Shown: positions 1 to 9,443, counted from the first letter of the stretch. The stretch: 64,000 bases of DNA from Candidatus Poribacteria bacterium (GCA_046582655.1 JAYGDX010000141.1:1-64000), one strand, 5' to 3'. Program-made: numbers and translations. Notes: generated by a model from the sequence alone, not told the origin.

Positions 1-766
1 CACGAATTCCTAACTTATCTCTAGCAGTCAGACTATCTTCGGAAAGGCGTGTTTGGGGACCATAATCATCTGAATCGAACGTATTAAGCTCACTGATAAT
101 TGAATCGATAACACTGCCATCTTCCAAAGATTCAGAGCTGGTGTCCCCACCACTATTCCGACTATAGCTCGCTATCTGATGTTGCAATTCAACAATAAGT
201 TGATCCTGAACACCAACAGTAGGAAGAATACGCTCTAAGTTAACAATCAGCTGATCTATCTTGTGGCGAGTTGAGTCTAGTAGTGAGTCTTTCAAGTTAT
301 CAGCATCAAAATTATCAATCAGCTCCTGTAGTTCAACAAACAAAGCATCCAGAGTTTCAAACTCTTCACGAATATCCTCATCAACGGCAGCGATTTCGGA
401 GAGGAACCGTTCGACATCTTCAGCAGAAGAGATCCTGGGCGCCTTTCTCTCAGCAGGGAGCTTTCTACCTCCCTGACCTCTACCATCACGCGGTATACCA
501 ATCGAATTAGTCACCAAACTGTCATTCCGTATCGTCTCGCTGAAACTGGAAGCAGTATAAGCACTGGTCAGGAACTCTGTTTTGAGAGCAGAAGTCACTC
601 GAGACTGCGAGCTGGTAACAACAGAAGTTGATTCCGGCAACTTCTCAGGAGAACCAACATCCAATTTAGGGTCACGACCAAGGTTTTTAATCCATTGGTG
701 GTCGCGATCTCGGAGAACGCTCGCAAGTCCACGAACGCTGGTTAGGGTTGTTAGGTTAGTAGCCAC
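1..766 (-). CDS. Hypothetical protein, partial (runs off window start), >=255 aa
   Basis: Hand translation: GTG at 766 with AAGGA/GAGGA upstream, no stop to position 2 (MATNLTTLTSVRGLASVLRDRD...EIAAVDEDIREEFETLDALFVELQELID...). Absent from the ORF track because it has no stop in the window. Confidence 0.75.
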   Translation of the reverse strand, partial: MATNLTTLTSVRGLASVLRDRDHQWIKNLGRDPKLDVGSPEKLPESTSVVTSSQSRVTSALKTEFLTSAYTASSFSETIRNDSLVTNSIGIPRDGRGQGGRKLPAERKAPRISSAEDVERFLSEIAAVDEDIREEFETLDALFVELQELIDNFDADNLKDSLLDSTRHKIDQLIVNLERILPTVGVQDQLIVELQHQIASYSRNSGGDTSSESLEDGSVIDSIISELNTFDSDDYGPQTRLSEDSLTARDKLGIR

Positions 767-824
767 TCCTCTATCCTTGCTGACATTTCTAACAATCAGA
801 TTTCAATCGTATCATTGGTGTTCC

Positions 825-1799
825 TTATTTGTCAAGCGAATTCAACTTTCCTTCAGCAATTTTCCAGACTTCATCGGTTGTAATAAGGCGCATCATGTCG
901 TTTCCTTTTGACCTATCAAGTGAATTACCATGCCGAATTACCGTGTGCATCGGATCAAGCGGCCCAAATTTCAAATGATTAGTGGCGCCGAATAGGACAA
1001 TGGTGGGAATTCCGAGCGCTACAGCTATGTGAGTCGGTCCAGTATCATTGGAAACAAACTGATCGCAAAAGCTAATTAAGGCAGCTAGCTGACCAATCTG
1101 CAGATTGGTATCAAATAAGATTGGATCTGCCTGCATTGAATCACGAACTTGGCTTACCAAATCAGCCTCTGCTGGTCCTCCAAACAGCAGGATCGCAGCA
1201 TTATATTGTTTCCCAATTCGATCAGCTACTTCTGCAAATCTATCGGCAGGCCAACATTTGTAATCCCATCTAGCTCCGGGGAAAATTCCAACTTTCACCT
1301 GGTCACCCAGCAACAACTTTTCGTTTAGCAATTCCTGGGCGAAACATTGGTTTGCTTCGGTAACATAAAATTCCAGACTCTTGTCGTTCGCTTGAATTCC
1401 AATTGTGCTAAGTAGCTGGAAATGATCATCTATGGCATGGGTATTGGGTGGATAGATATCCCGCCTAGATCCAAACCGCTGCCTCCCGCCGCTCAGCCCA
1501 GAGAGTAGCCGAGTGCGAAACTTACCGTGCAGGTCTATCACCAAATCGAATTTTTTCTGACGTAATTGTCGGACAACTCGAATGGTTTCAGCGGGTTCTT
1601 TGCCTCTTCTGTCAAGCGTGATGATCTCATCAAGATACGGAATTTCAGAAACAAGATCGATATACTCCAGGCTAGTCAACATCGTTACACGATGGAGGGG
1701 AAAGTGCTGACGAATTGCACGAATTGCCGGTAACGTCAGAATGATGTCTCCAAGCGATGTCATGCGTATCAACAGAATACCGCCAAGATTCTGAGTCAT
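825..1799 (-). CDS. Glycosyltransferase family 9 (LPS heptosyltransferase-like)
   Basis: ILLIRMTSLGDIILTLP N-terminus, FPGARWDYKCWP, FVSNDTGPTHIAVALG motifs. Confidence 0.9.
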   Translation of the reverse strand: MTQNLGGILLIRMTSLGDIILTLPAIRAIRQHFPLHRVTMLTSLEYIDLVSEIPYLDEIITLDRRGKEPAETIRVVRQLRQKKFDLVIDLHGKFRTRLLSGLSGGRQRFGSRRDIYPPNTHAIDDHFQLLSTIGIQANDKSLEFYVTEANQCFAQELLNEKLLLGDQVKVGIFPGARWDYKCWPADRFAEVADRIGKQYNAAILLFGGPAEADLVSQVRDSMQADPILFDTNLQIGQLAALISFCDQFVSNDTGPTHIAVALGIPTIVLFGATNHLKFGPLDPMHTVIRHGNSLDRSKGNDMMRLITTDEVWKIAEGKLNSLDK

Positions 1800-2467
1800 A
1801 TCGCTAAGATATCAGAGGTTGTTCGGAAATGGAGTTTAGCAACGTTTCGCAGTTGCTGTTTTCCGTAAATTTGAACGAACTGCCTTCCGAGATCGACGAC
1901 GTGCACCGCACCTTTAGGAATTGTCAGACCATAGGCGTGAGAAAGATTCTCTATCTGTTGCAAAAAGAAATAGCGCGCAATAATTGAAGCTGCTGCAACG
2001 GCAATATCCGATTCTGCTTTTGGCACCTGTAGCAACTGAGCCTCGGGTAGAATCTTCTCAACTCGTTTCCGCAAAACATCCTGATTAGCAAATCGATCGA
2101 CAATGACATTTAAACAGTTTGTCTCATCAATTAATGTCTGAATAATGCCTGCATGCAAATCGGCCAACATATCATTCAGGTTCTGACCGTTTTGCCGCAG
2201 AGATTCGTAACGCTGATTGTAAGCGGGAGGATCAAGTTCTACCCATGCCACCCTGTTTGTATGAGTTTCGAAGATCTGTGGGGCAATAGCCCTAATCTTT
2301 TGATCAGATAACTTCTTGGAATCAGCAACGCCGATAGCCCGTAAATCGTGACAGGTTTCCTCACCGACAAAAACACCAGCCACAACGAGTGAACCGAAAT
2401 AATCACCTTTCCCTGATTCATCAGTACCAATCCAATTTGTCCATCGATGATATTTCGATAAGCTCAT
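1796..2467 (-). CDS. rnhC: Ribonuclease HIII (catalytic domain only)
   Basis: IGTDESGKGDYFG, GVADSKKLSD, VIVDRF, KAES, VAAASIIAR, AKLHF motifs; AGGAG RBS. Confidence 0.85.
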   Translation of the reverse strand: MSLSKYHRWTNWIGTDESGKGDYFGSLVVAGVFVGEETCHDLRAIGVADSKKLSDQKIRAIAPQIFETHTNRVAWVELDPPAYNQRYESLRQNGQNLNDMLADLHAGIIQTLIDETNCLNVIVDRFANQDVLRKRVEKILPEAQLLQVPKAESDIAVAAASIIARYFFLQQIENLSHAYGLTIPKGAVHVVDLGRQFVQIYGKQQLRNVAKLHFRTTSDILAI

Positions 2468-2511
2468 GGTAGAACTCCTAACACACCATTGAAATACCTG
2501 TCAAGAATATT

Positions 2512-2540
2512 TTGAGTTGTTCAATCCAATTTGATACAAT
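2512..2540 (+). promoter_or_regulatory. Sigma70-like promoter upstream of trpF
   Basis: TTGAGT-17 nt-TACAAT with an extended -10 TG. Confidence 0.5.
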
Positions 2541-2559
2541 TATCGGAAGGGAGACAAAA

Positions 2560-3180
2560 TTGACCAGAGTCAAAGTTTGCGGTATCACCAATCTTGAGGA
2601 CGCTTGGACGGCAACTGAAGCGGGTGCGGATGCTCTCGGCTTTGTTTTTGTATCCAATACGCCACGTTACATCGAACCGGATCACGCTAGGACAATTATT
2701 AGACAACTTCCTCCCTTCATTATCACGACTGGTCTCTTTGTGGATTCAGATAGTGCTCAGATTCAAAATGTAGCTACAAATTGCCGTTTGGATGCTATCC
2801 AGCTTCACGGCAATGAACCGCCCGAGTTATGTCATTCCCTAGACCTAAGAGTAATTAAGGCTTTTCGCGTAAAAGGAAATGAAACTCTGGATATACTGCC
2901 TAAATTCCAAGTCGACGCTTATCTGCTTGATACATATGTCAAAGGAAAAATGGGTGGAACAGGTGAAACATTTGACTGGGACCTAGCATGCCGTGCTAAA
3001 CGGCACGGTCAAATTATATTAGCTGGAGGGTTGAATCCGTCTAACGTGTCAACCGCAATCAGTCAGGTAAAACCGTATGCTGTAGATGTCAGCAGTGGTG
3101 TGGAAGCAGAAGCCGGACGTAAAGACCCAGAAAAAGTCAGGGATTTCATCCGAGCCGTCCGGGAGGCAGATCTCAGTTGA
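2560..3180 (+). CDS. trpF: Phosphoribosylanthranilate isomerase
   Basis: VKVCGIT, GADALGFVF, QLHGNE, GGTGETFDW, ILAGGLNP, VDVSSGVE; TTG start at 2560 after GGGAG. Confidence 0.97.
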   Translation: MTRVKVCGITNLEDAWTATEAGADALGFVFVSNTPRYIEPDHARTIIRQLPPFIITTGLFVDSDSAQIQNVATNCRLDAIQLHGNEPPELCHSLDLRVIKAFRVKGNETLDILPKFQVDAYLLDTYVKGKMGGTGETFDWDLACRAKRHGQIILAGGLNPSNVSTAISQVKPYAVDVSSGVEAEAGRKDPEKVRDFIRAVREADLS

Positions 3181-3716
3181 CAGGAAAAATTGATCTCATC
3201 TACAGGCGTTTACCGGATGGCGTAAATCATTTTGAGCAAAAACTGGTTTATAAAGACAGATCTGTCATCGTCACCACACAACAGATTACGCCTTCTGAAC
3301 CGATCGTCGTTGAAGGAATAACTGTACTAGGTCCAAATTTCTGGGCCATCTGGTTCATCTTCGCTAAACAGTGGTATGATCTTGGCAAGATCTACAATCC
3401 TCAAGGCGAATTTACGGGTTACTACTGCGACATCATCAAACCAATGAAACGAAGTGGGACTCAGATCGAAATTACCGACCTTTTCCTGGATCTATGGGTA
3501 ACTCCCGATCTTGGCTATCAGATTCTCGATTACGACGAATTCGCGTCTGCGATTCAAAATGGATGGATCGAACCAGATCTGGCCAGTCAAGCCCAACAAG
3601 CGCTAGACCAACTGATAAGTGTTGTAGAATCAACCAATTTCCCACCGGAACCAGTTAAGCTGTTCGACCTAGACTGCATCGTTGAAAATACCGGCTTAGC
3701 ACAACCTGATATGTGA
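3177..3716 (+). CDS. DUF402 family protein (FomD-like / nucleoside phosphatase-like)
   Basis: GYYCDII...ITDLFLDLWV...ILDYDEF pattern; overlaps the trpF stop. Confidence 0.8.
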   Translation: MTGKIDLIYRRLPDGVNHFEQKLVYKDRSVIVTTQQITPSEPIVVEGITVLGPNFWAIWFIFAKQWYDLGKIYNPQGEFTGYYCDIIKPMKRSGTQIEITDLFLDLWVTPDLGYQILDYDEFASAIQNGWIEPDLASQAQQALDQLISVVESTNFPPEPVKLFDLDCIVENTGLAQPDM

Positions 3717-4437
3717 CATCCAGACTTGGATGATTCAGCCAAGCGTAATCAACTTTGACAGACCTGACCTGTAGCCCAAATTCCATGATGATTTGCCAAG
3801 GCTGGTTATGCAACCCAACCCGAAGTTAAATCAGATCGTGAACAGCCAATTGGTTTCCAAACAGAAATTGCAGCTCTTGACTCAATCGATATCGAATATC
3901 AGCCATCAATTGTAGATTCCGATCTGACTTCACATGAATTACGCTGATATCCCGCTTAAGGAAACTCTTGATCAATCAAGCTGAAATAGCAAATCTAGTT
4001 GTCTATTGCAATCGACGCCATCTCGCATTGATGACTTAAGGCCAATATCCTCTGGCGTTAAAACGTTGCCAAATCAAGAAAGGTTTGGAACAAGCGGTAA
4101 AAAGCGTGCTTTTGGTAGCAGATGTAGATTATAAGAAAAATCACTTTCAGGTTAGGAATCGCTATCCTTGCTCCACTACGGGTTGAGACCTACAAAATCA
4201 ACAGAAAACGTCCGAAAACATCACCGGTCCAACGAGCTAGGGTTATTGTGTAACACAACCAACATCCAGAACAAAATACCAGGAAGCTTTTTGTCGTTAG
4301 CTTATTCGCCAACCACATCCAATTAATCTGTTCAATTAAAGAAATATTATGTTTGGTCTTTAAGATTCGGAGTCACACATTAGACTGTTTTGGAATTAAG
4401 AATGACTGCGTACACCATCAAATGAAGCTATCTAGTT

Positions 4438-4467
4438 TTGACATGGCAATCTATATTCTGATAAAAT
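4438..4467 (+). promoter_or_regulatory. Sigma70-like promoter of the FmdB gene
   Basis: TTGACA-18 nt-TAAAAT with an extended -10 TG. Confidence 0.6.
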
Positions 4468-4509
4468 ACTAATCAGGTTATTCTACAAACTCGAAGGAAT
4501 TGACATCAA

Positions 4510-4719
4510 ATGCCACTTTACGAATACCAATGTCAAAAATGCCAGAATCAGTTTGAAATTTTACAATCAATAAGCCAGAGTAACGATACTCCAAACCAAG
4601 TAAAATGTCCCGAGTGCGGCAAAACCGAAACTAAAAAAGTATTTTCGGTTTTCAGTAGCCAATCGAACCAAAATGGAAATAGTCAGCTAGCCTCTAACAC
4701 CAGTTCTGGGTTCAACTGA
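4510..4719 (+). CDS. FmdB-family zinc-ribbon protein (possibly extends to 4728 via Sec)
   Basis: MPLYEYQCQKC...CPECG, Ser-rich tail ending SSGFN-TGA-GCA-ATT-TAA. Confidence 0.9.
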   Translation: MPLYEYQCQKCQNQFEILQSISQSNDTPNQVKCPECGKTETKKVFSVFSSQSNQNGNSQLASNTSSGFN

Positions 4720-4760
4720 GCAATTTAATAATCCAGCCAGTTAGGCTTTCAATATAAATT
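4720..4760 (+). promoter_or_regulatory. Candidate bacterial SECIS element
   Basis: AGCC(4735-38)/GGCT(4744-47) stem with AGUUA loop about 20 nt after the UGA; lower stem AATTTA(4722-27)/TAAATT(4755-60). Confidence 0.45.
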
Positions 4761-4775
4761 ACATTGAGGACATTA

Positions 4776-5204
4776 TTAATTTTCTGATCTTTGCTTGCAC
4801 CTTATATATACCAAGTTAGTATCAAGTGCACCAATTAGCAACTCTAAGCCGGCCTCAAAGTCGTCTTCTTGACGAAGGAAAATCCAGTTACGTGCCATCA
4901 TCGAAGTATGAACTTGGCTATCCTCCACCTCTTCCCACACTACGGGAATTAAGCGTTTGTTATGCTTAACTGCATGCTCAATCTCCAAAGTGCAGAATTC
5001 TGAGACCACCGAATCAGGACTGATAACAAACAGAAAAGAATCGGCAGCCTCAATACCTTGATAGATTTCTGCCAGCTAGTCCGCGGTGGGTAGAATATCT
5101 TGCCAGTCCACCCAAGATTCATGATCACGCTCTTGCAGTTGATCAAACAGATGGCGAACGAAGTCGATATCACGGCGAGAGTAAGATATAAAAATGTCTG
5201 ACAT
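4776..5204 (-). pseudogene. TIR domain protein with one in-frame TAG (codon 43), truncated after the TIR domain
   Basis: MSDIFISYSRRDIDFV...WVDWQDILPTAD*LAEIYQGIEAADSFLFVISPDSVVSEFCTLEIEHAVKHNKRLIPVV; TAG at 5078-5076 where Trp is expected. Confidence 0.85.
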
Positions 5205-5222
5205 GGATAGATCCCATACCTG

Positions 5223-5535
5223 TTAATTGACACAGCGATTCAAACCATAGTTCAACAGGGTAAGAAGAGTTATCAGAAAATGGTGCTGAGCAAACAGTAT
5301 AAAAAATGAGATGACTCCAATGTGGATCATCAAGATGGAGAAAATGATCCACTGCTTGGCACCGAAACAATTAATCTTGTACCAATTTTCTTTCGACTCA
5401 AAGGCTTTATGGATCCTCATATTATAGTAGTGATTCATCCCAATTTGTTCTAGCAGTAGTGAAATCGCCAAGTATGATAAAGAAAATCCCAATGGAGACG
5501 GTGGATAAACCAAGAATTAAATTCAGTTTTGCCAT
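5223..5535 (-). pseudogene. SdpI/YfhL-family membrane protein, frameshifted
   Basis: MNHYYNMRIHKAFESKENWYKINCFGAK motif; N-terminal TM segment MAKLNLILGLSTVSIGIFFIIL (ATG 5535) is in a different frame. Confidence 0.65.
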
Positions 5536-5834
5536 TTCAAATAATCTCTGTTTATGTTAACTCAACCAAATTTAAAACACACTCTGCTATTTCCCCCTAA
5601 GCCTACCCATCTAATTTCACTTGTTAAGCCATCCACAATCCCTCAGGGAGATTTTATCGTACTAGACAAACAGCGGCGCCCCCGCTTAAATCGAATCCTC
5701 ATACGCTTGTGGTTTTGGAAATTGGGGCTTAATTGTCCACATCGATAGGTCACCATAGATGTGATTTTGGGCATCTAGGCAACGCCCCAAGCCATCTTCG
5801 TTATCCTTCTCAATAGAGACCGAATAATTAGCAC

Positions 5835-5999
5835 TTATCGGACATTCCTACCAATCCAGCACCCCAACTTCATCTTCTCCTCAGCTGTTAATTGACGAGT
5901 GACTCGACTTTTTGCAATTTGCAGCAACTCTTCAATTTCAGTGGTGTAGATTTGAATAATTCCATCTTTACCTGCAGTCATAATCCGTTTCCCATCTGG
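5835..5999 (-). pseudogene. C-terminal remnant of a WD40-repeat protein
   Basis: PDGKRIMTAGKDGIIQIYTTEIEELLQIAKSRVTRQLTAEEKMKLG: last WD40 blade plus the typical helical tail. Confidence 0.7.
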
Positions 6000-6063
6000 A
6001 TATCAATGATAGTCTGGTAGGCAATCAGATTGCGGCTATTCATTAAGAACAAGATGATGTTCC

Positions 6064-7005
6064 TTGGTTGGGAACCAATCTGGAATTATGCCACCGATTG
6101 CTCAAATTGTTTCCATTGAAACTGACCAGACCTACACCAATTTATCTCGAATCCCTTCTATCACCAGCGGCAACCGGTTCACTGTCACCTGTAAAGCCAT
6201 CGATTTCAAAACATTGCCAGATAAGAGACAATCAGGTATCGAATACCGAAATTGAATCCCACTACCACAGAAACAGCATTTGATATCAGCTTTGATGTAG
6301 GGGTCAACCTTGGTAACTTCAAACACATATAGTCTGGAAATCCAAGCTATTGACCGAGATTTTAACTACTCAGAACTTGCCCAAGCAGAATTAACAATTA
6401 TTCCGCCATGGTATTTCAATGAGTGGCTAGCTTTCCCTTCTATCATAGGAATGCTAGCTTTAATATTTGTTTCTATTAACTCTAGTTTTCAGTACTTGAG
6501 AAAGAAACCTGAAGCCATCCTGATATAGGAAAGAATGTATAGAATAGGAGCGAGAAACAGATCGACAACTAGGAGCGAATAACATATAATTATTGAAGGC
6601 TTTGAACGTATCCAATAGGAATATGACCGAGCAGAATGCTTACTGCTCAATTATCTTGTCGCCGTCGATAGCTAACGGATAAAAGAAGATAAGTTAACCA
6701 TTTCTGATCAGTTTGCGAAAGCAACCATATTATTTTCAGGCATTGTTTATTTTACGTGCTTAACCGCTGGTATGTCCGCTGAGGAGTTAATCTAGTTACT
6801 GAATGCAATCTTCACTGGTTATAATCAGTTAGTAGACAGATTTGGACTGAAAAAATAAAGACGTTGGGTGATACCTATATCGTGGTTGGCGGATTACCGG
6901 AACCAAGGCGAGACCATACCTAAGCGATTGCTAATATGTCACTTGGAATGAGTGAGATAATCCAAACCTTTAACCAGAAACATGGGCGGAATTTTAGAGT
7001 AGTAT
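6064..7005 (+). pseudogene. Decayed membrane sensor: Y_Y_Y-like domain + TM + class III adenylate/guanylate cyclase
   Basis: YSLEIQAIDRDFNYS..IIPPWY + TM; then RAECLLLN.., ATILFSGIVYFT.., FGL.KIKTLGDTYIVVGGLPEPRRDH; several stops and frameshifts. Confidence 0.8.
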
Positions 7006-7043
7006 GTCTAAATAATTGTTATGTTTATAAGTAAAATCAGCTG

Positions 7044-8492
7044 ATGCCAAAATCTGGAATAACTTTTTTTTTACTATTAACAATCTTAGGTTCAGCCATT
7101 GCCGATGTTTTTGAATCTGACTACATTCTGGAATTTTGGATAACAATTACTCCCCAGAACTGGGAAAAGATGCAGCCAATGCGTTTCAACCAATTCCGTC
7201 CAGAACCACCGCCTAATGCCAATGATCGCCCTTTTCGACCTTCACCTCCGCCCATAATGGCCGAATTAGACACTGCATATGTGCCAACAGATATTCGGTT
7301 CGATGGTCGAATTTGGAAAGATGTTGGTGTACGGTTTAAAGGAAACTCGTCACTCAAATCCATGCCGAGCAGTCTGAAAAAACCCTTCAAGTTTGACTTC
7401 GATCGGTTTATTGAAGGACAGGATTTCTTTGGTTACCAAAAACTGAATTTCAGCAATGGTTTCAAAGACCCATCCTTTCTGAGAGAGAAGTTAGCCTACC
7501 ACCTTTTTCAAAAGCTGGATGTACCTGCACCAAGAACCGTTTTTGCCAAATTGTATCTGACAGTAGATGGTGTATATGATCAGGAATATCTGGGACTATA
7601 CACAATGATTGAGCAGGTAGATCGGGTATTCTTAGTTGATCACTTTGGCAACGATGATGGACTACTGGTTAAACCGGACAGAATTCCTGATTTAATTCCG
7701 CTTGGTGGCCGTTGGAAAAACTACGAACAACGATATACCTTAAAATCGAGGAAAAAGGATTCTGATACAGGCAGACTCATCTCATTTTTGGAGTTCTTAT
7801 ACAAGTCGGATGATGCTCAGTTTGCCGAGCAGATCGAACGTTATTTTAATGTCGATTCATTTTTAAAATTGATGGCAATCAACACAGTTTTAGTCAACTT
7901 AGACAGCTATTTTGGAACAGGGCACAACTACTACCTGTATCACGACACATACACCGATCAATACAACATGATACCGTGGGATCTTAATGAAGCTTTCGGG
8001 AATTTCCAACAAGGACAGGCAAATCGACTATTGGATATGGATATCAATCACCCATCGATAGGACGGCGAATGCTGGTAGAACGACTACTGATTATTGAGG
8101 ATTATCGGTTTGAGTATTATCGCAATTTACAAGCATTAATTGACATCGAGTTTCATCCAGAGACGATGGCCTTAGAAATCGACAGGTTGGCAAACCTGAT
8201 ACAGGAGGCCGTCGTTGCCGACCAGCACAAACAGTTCTCGACCAGGATGTTTGAACAGAGTCTATCGGAAGACTTATCGCCCAGAGATCAAGGACGCCGG
8301 AAACGTCAACGTGGCGGTAATCGGCGAAATCGACGTCCTCCTCCCCCCATGCTGGACGTTATTTTTGGCTTGAAGACATTCGTGGAACGTCGCGTGGAAT
8401 CAATTGATTCCCAGCTGAATGGACGTCGAACTGGGAAGATTTTAGAACCGATGCGTCGTCCCAGACCGAAAGAACAACGTCCTTTTCAATAA
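7044..8492 (+). CDS. CotH kinase family protein, secreted
   Basis: Signal peptide; VGVRFKGNSS, DPSFLREKLAY, YLGLYTMIEQVD, NLDSY..NYYLY, IPWDLNEAFG. Confidence 0.9.
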   Translation: MPKSGITFFLLLTILGSAIADVFESDYILEFWITITPQNWEKMQPMRFNQFRPEPPPNANDRPFRPSPPPIMAELDTAYVPTDIRFDGRIWKDVGVRFKGNSSLKSMPSSLKKPFKFDFDRFIEGQDFFGYQKLNFSNGFKDPSFLREKLAYHLFQKLDVPAPRTVFAKLYLTVDGVYDQEYLGLYTMIEQVDRVFLVDHFGNDDGLLVKPDRIPDLIPLGGRWKNYEQRYTLKSRKKDSDTGRLISFLEFLYKSDDAQFAEQIERYFNVDSFLKLMAINTVLVNLDSYFGTGHNYYLYHDTYTDQYNMIPWDLNEAFGNFQQGQANRLLDMDINHPSIGRRMLVERLLIIEDYRFEYYRNLQALIDIEFHPETMALEIDRLANLIQEAVVADQHKQFSTRMFEQSLSEDLSPRDQGRRKRQRGGNRRNRRPPPPMLDVIFGLKTFVERRVESIDSQLNGRRTGKILEPMRRPRPKEQRPFQ

Positions 8493-8495
8493 GAA

Positions 8496-9443
8496 TTATT
8501 CAGTTCTCATCAGCTTGAACACCAGAACCTCTAAAGCCAAGGTAGCATTTACGTTTCGCTCGATAAGTCTCTTAGTCTCGAATATGGCTTTTATGGCTGA
8601 CTGCAGGTGGATCCGCGAGTAGTTCTTAGCTATTTGCTGGAGTGATTCAAGGTGGTTCCTGTGTGTTAGTAGATCAACCGATGTGCTTTGTCGAATTAGC
8701 AGAAGATCTCGATACCACATCACCAGTTGATCGAGTTGTGTTAAGTCTTCGCCCAATTGTTCTGCGATTCGAAAAGCCGATAGCCTATCGGTAGTAGTCA
8801 CCACTTCAGGAATCTGATCTATGACAGTCAAACTCTTGTCTTCAATCAGTGTCAAGGCTTTGCCGACAGCACCTTGGGATAACACGGCAATTGATGAGGC
8901 ATGATCGGCATCGAGACTGAACCGGTCAGTAAGGATCTCAACTAGTTCTGGAACCGGCAACGGTTGAAACGAAATAATCTGGCAACGCGAACGGATAGTC
9001 GGCAATAATGCGTCTAAGTTGCTTGTTAGCAGGATTAGAACCGATCTGGCTGGGGGTTCTTCCAATGTTTTGAGTAGGCAGTTAGCTGCTTCCAGGTTCA
9101 TGCGGTTGGCTTCAGTAATAATGTACAATTTCCGTCTGCCTTCAATGGGTTGAAACACGACTTGCCGCTGAAGTTGACGAATCTGATCGATTTTGATCTG
9201 TTTCCCTTCAGGACGAACAACTTGGAAATCAGGATGGTTGCCAGTATTTATCTTATGGCAAGCTAAACAATTATCACAGGGACGATGGACCAAATCCAGA
9301 CAATTAATCGATTTGACAAAATAAAGGGCCACTGTTTCCTTTCCCACATTTGGCTCCCCAACAAAAAGGTACGCACCCGCAATGTGATCCTCACTTACTG
9401 CATGCCGAAGTTGACTTATAACCTGCTGATGTCCGATAATCAC
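8496..9443 (-). CDS. holB: DNA polymerase III subunit delta'
   Basis: PCDNCLAC zinc motif, NHPDF, IKIDQIR, AANCLLKTLEEPP, LLPTIRSRCQ; follows tmk. Confidence 0.95.
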   Translation of the reverse strand: MIIGHQQVISQLRHAVSEDHIAGAYLFVGEPNVGKETVALYFVKSINCLDLVHRPCDNCLACHKINTGNHPDFQVVRPEGKQIKIDQIRQLQRQVVFQPIEGRRKLYIITEANRMNLEAANCLLKTLEEPPARSVLILLTSNLDALLPTIRSRCQIISFQPLPVPELVEILTDRFSLDADHASSIAVLSQGAVGKALTLIEDKSLTVIDQIPEVVTTTDRLSAFRIAEQLGEDLTQLDQLVMWYRDLLLIRQSTSVDLLTHRNHLESLQQIAKNYSRIHLQSAIKAIFETKRLIERNVNATLALEVLVFKLMRTE

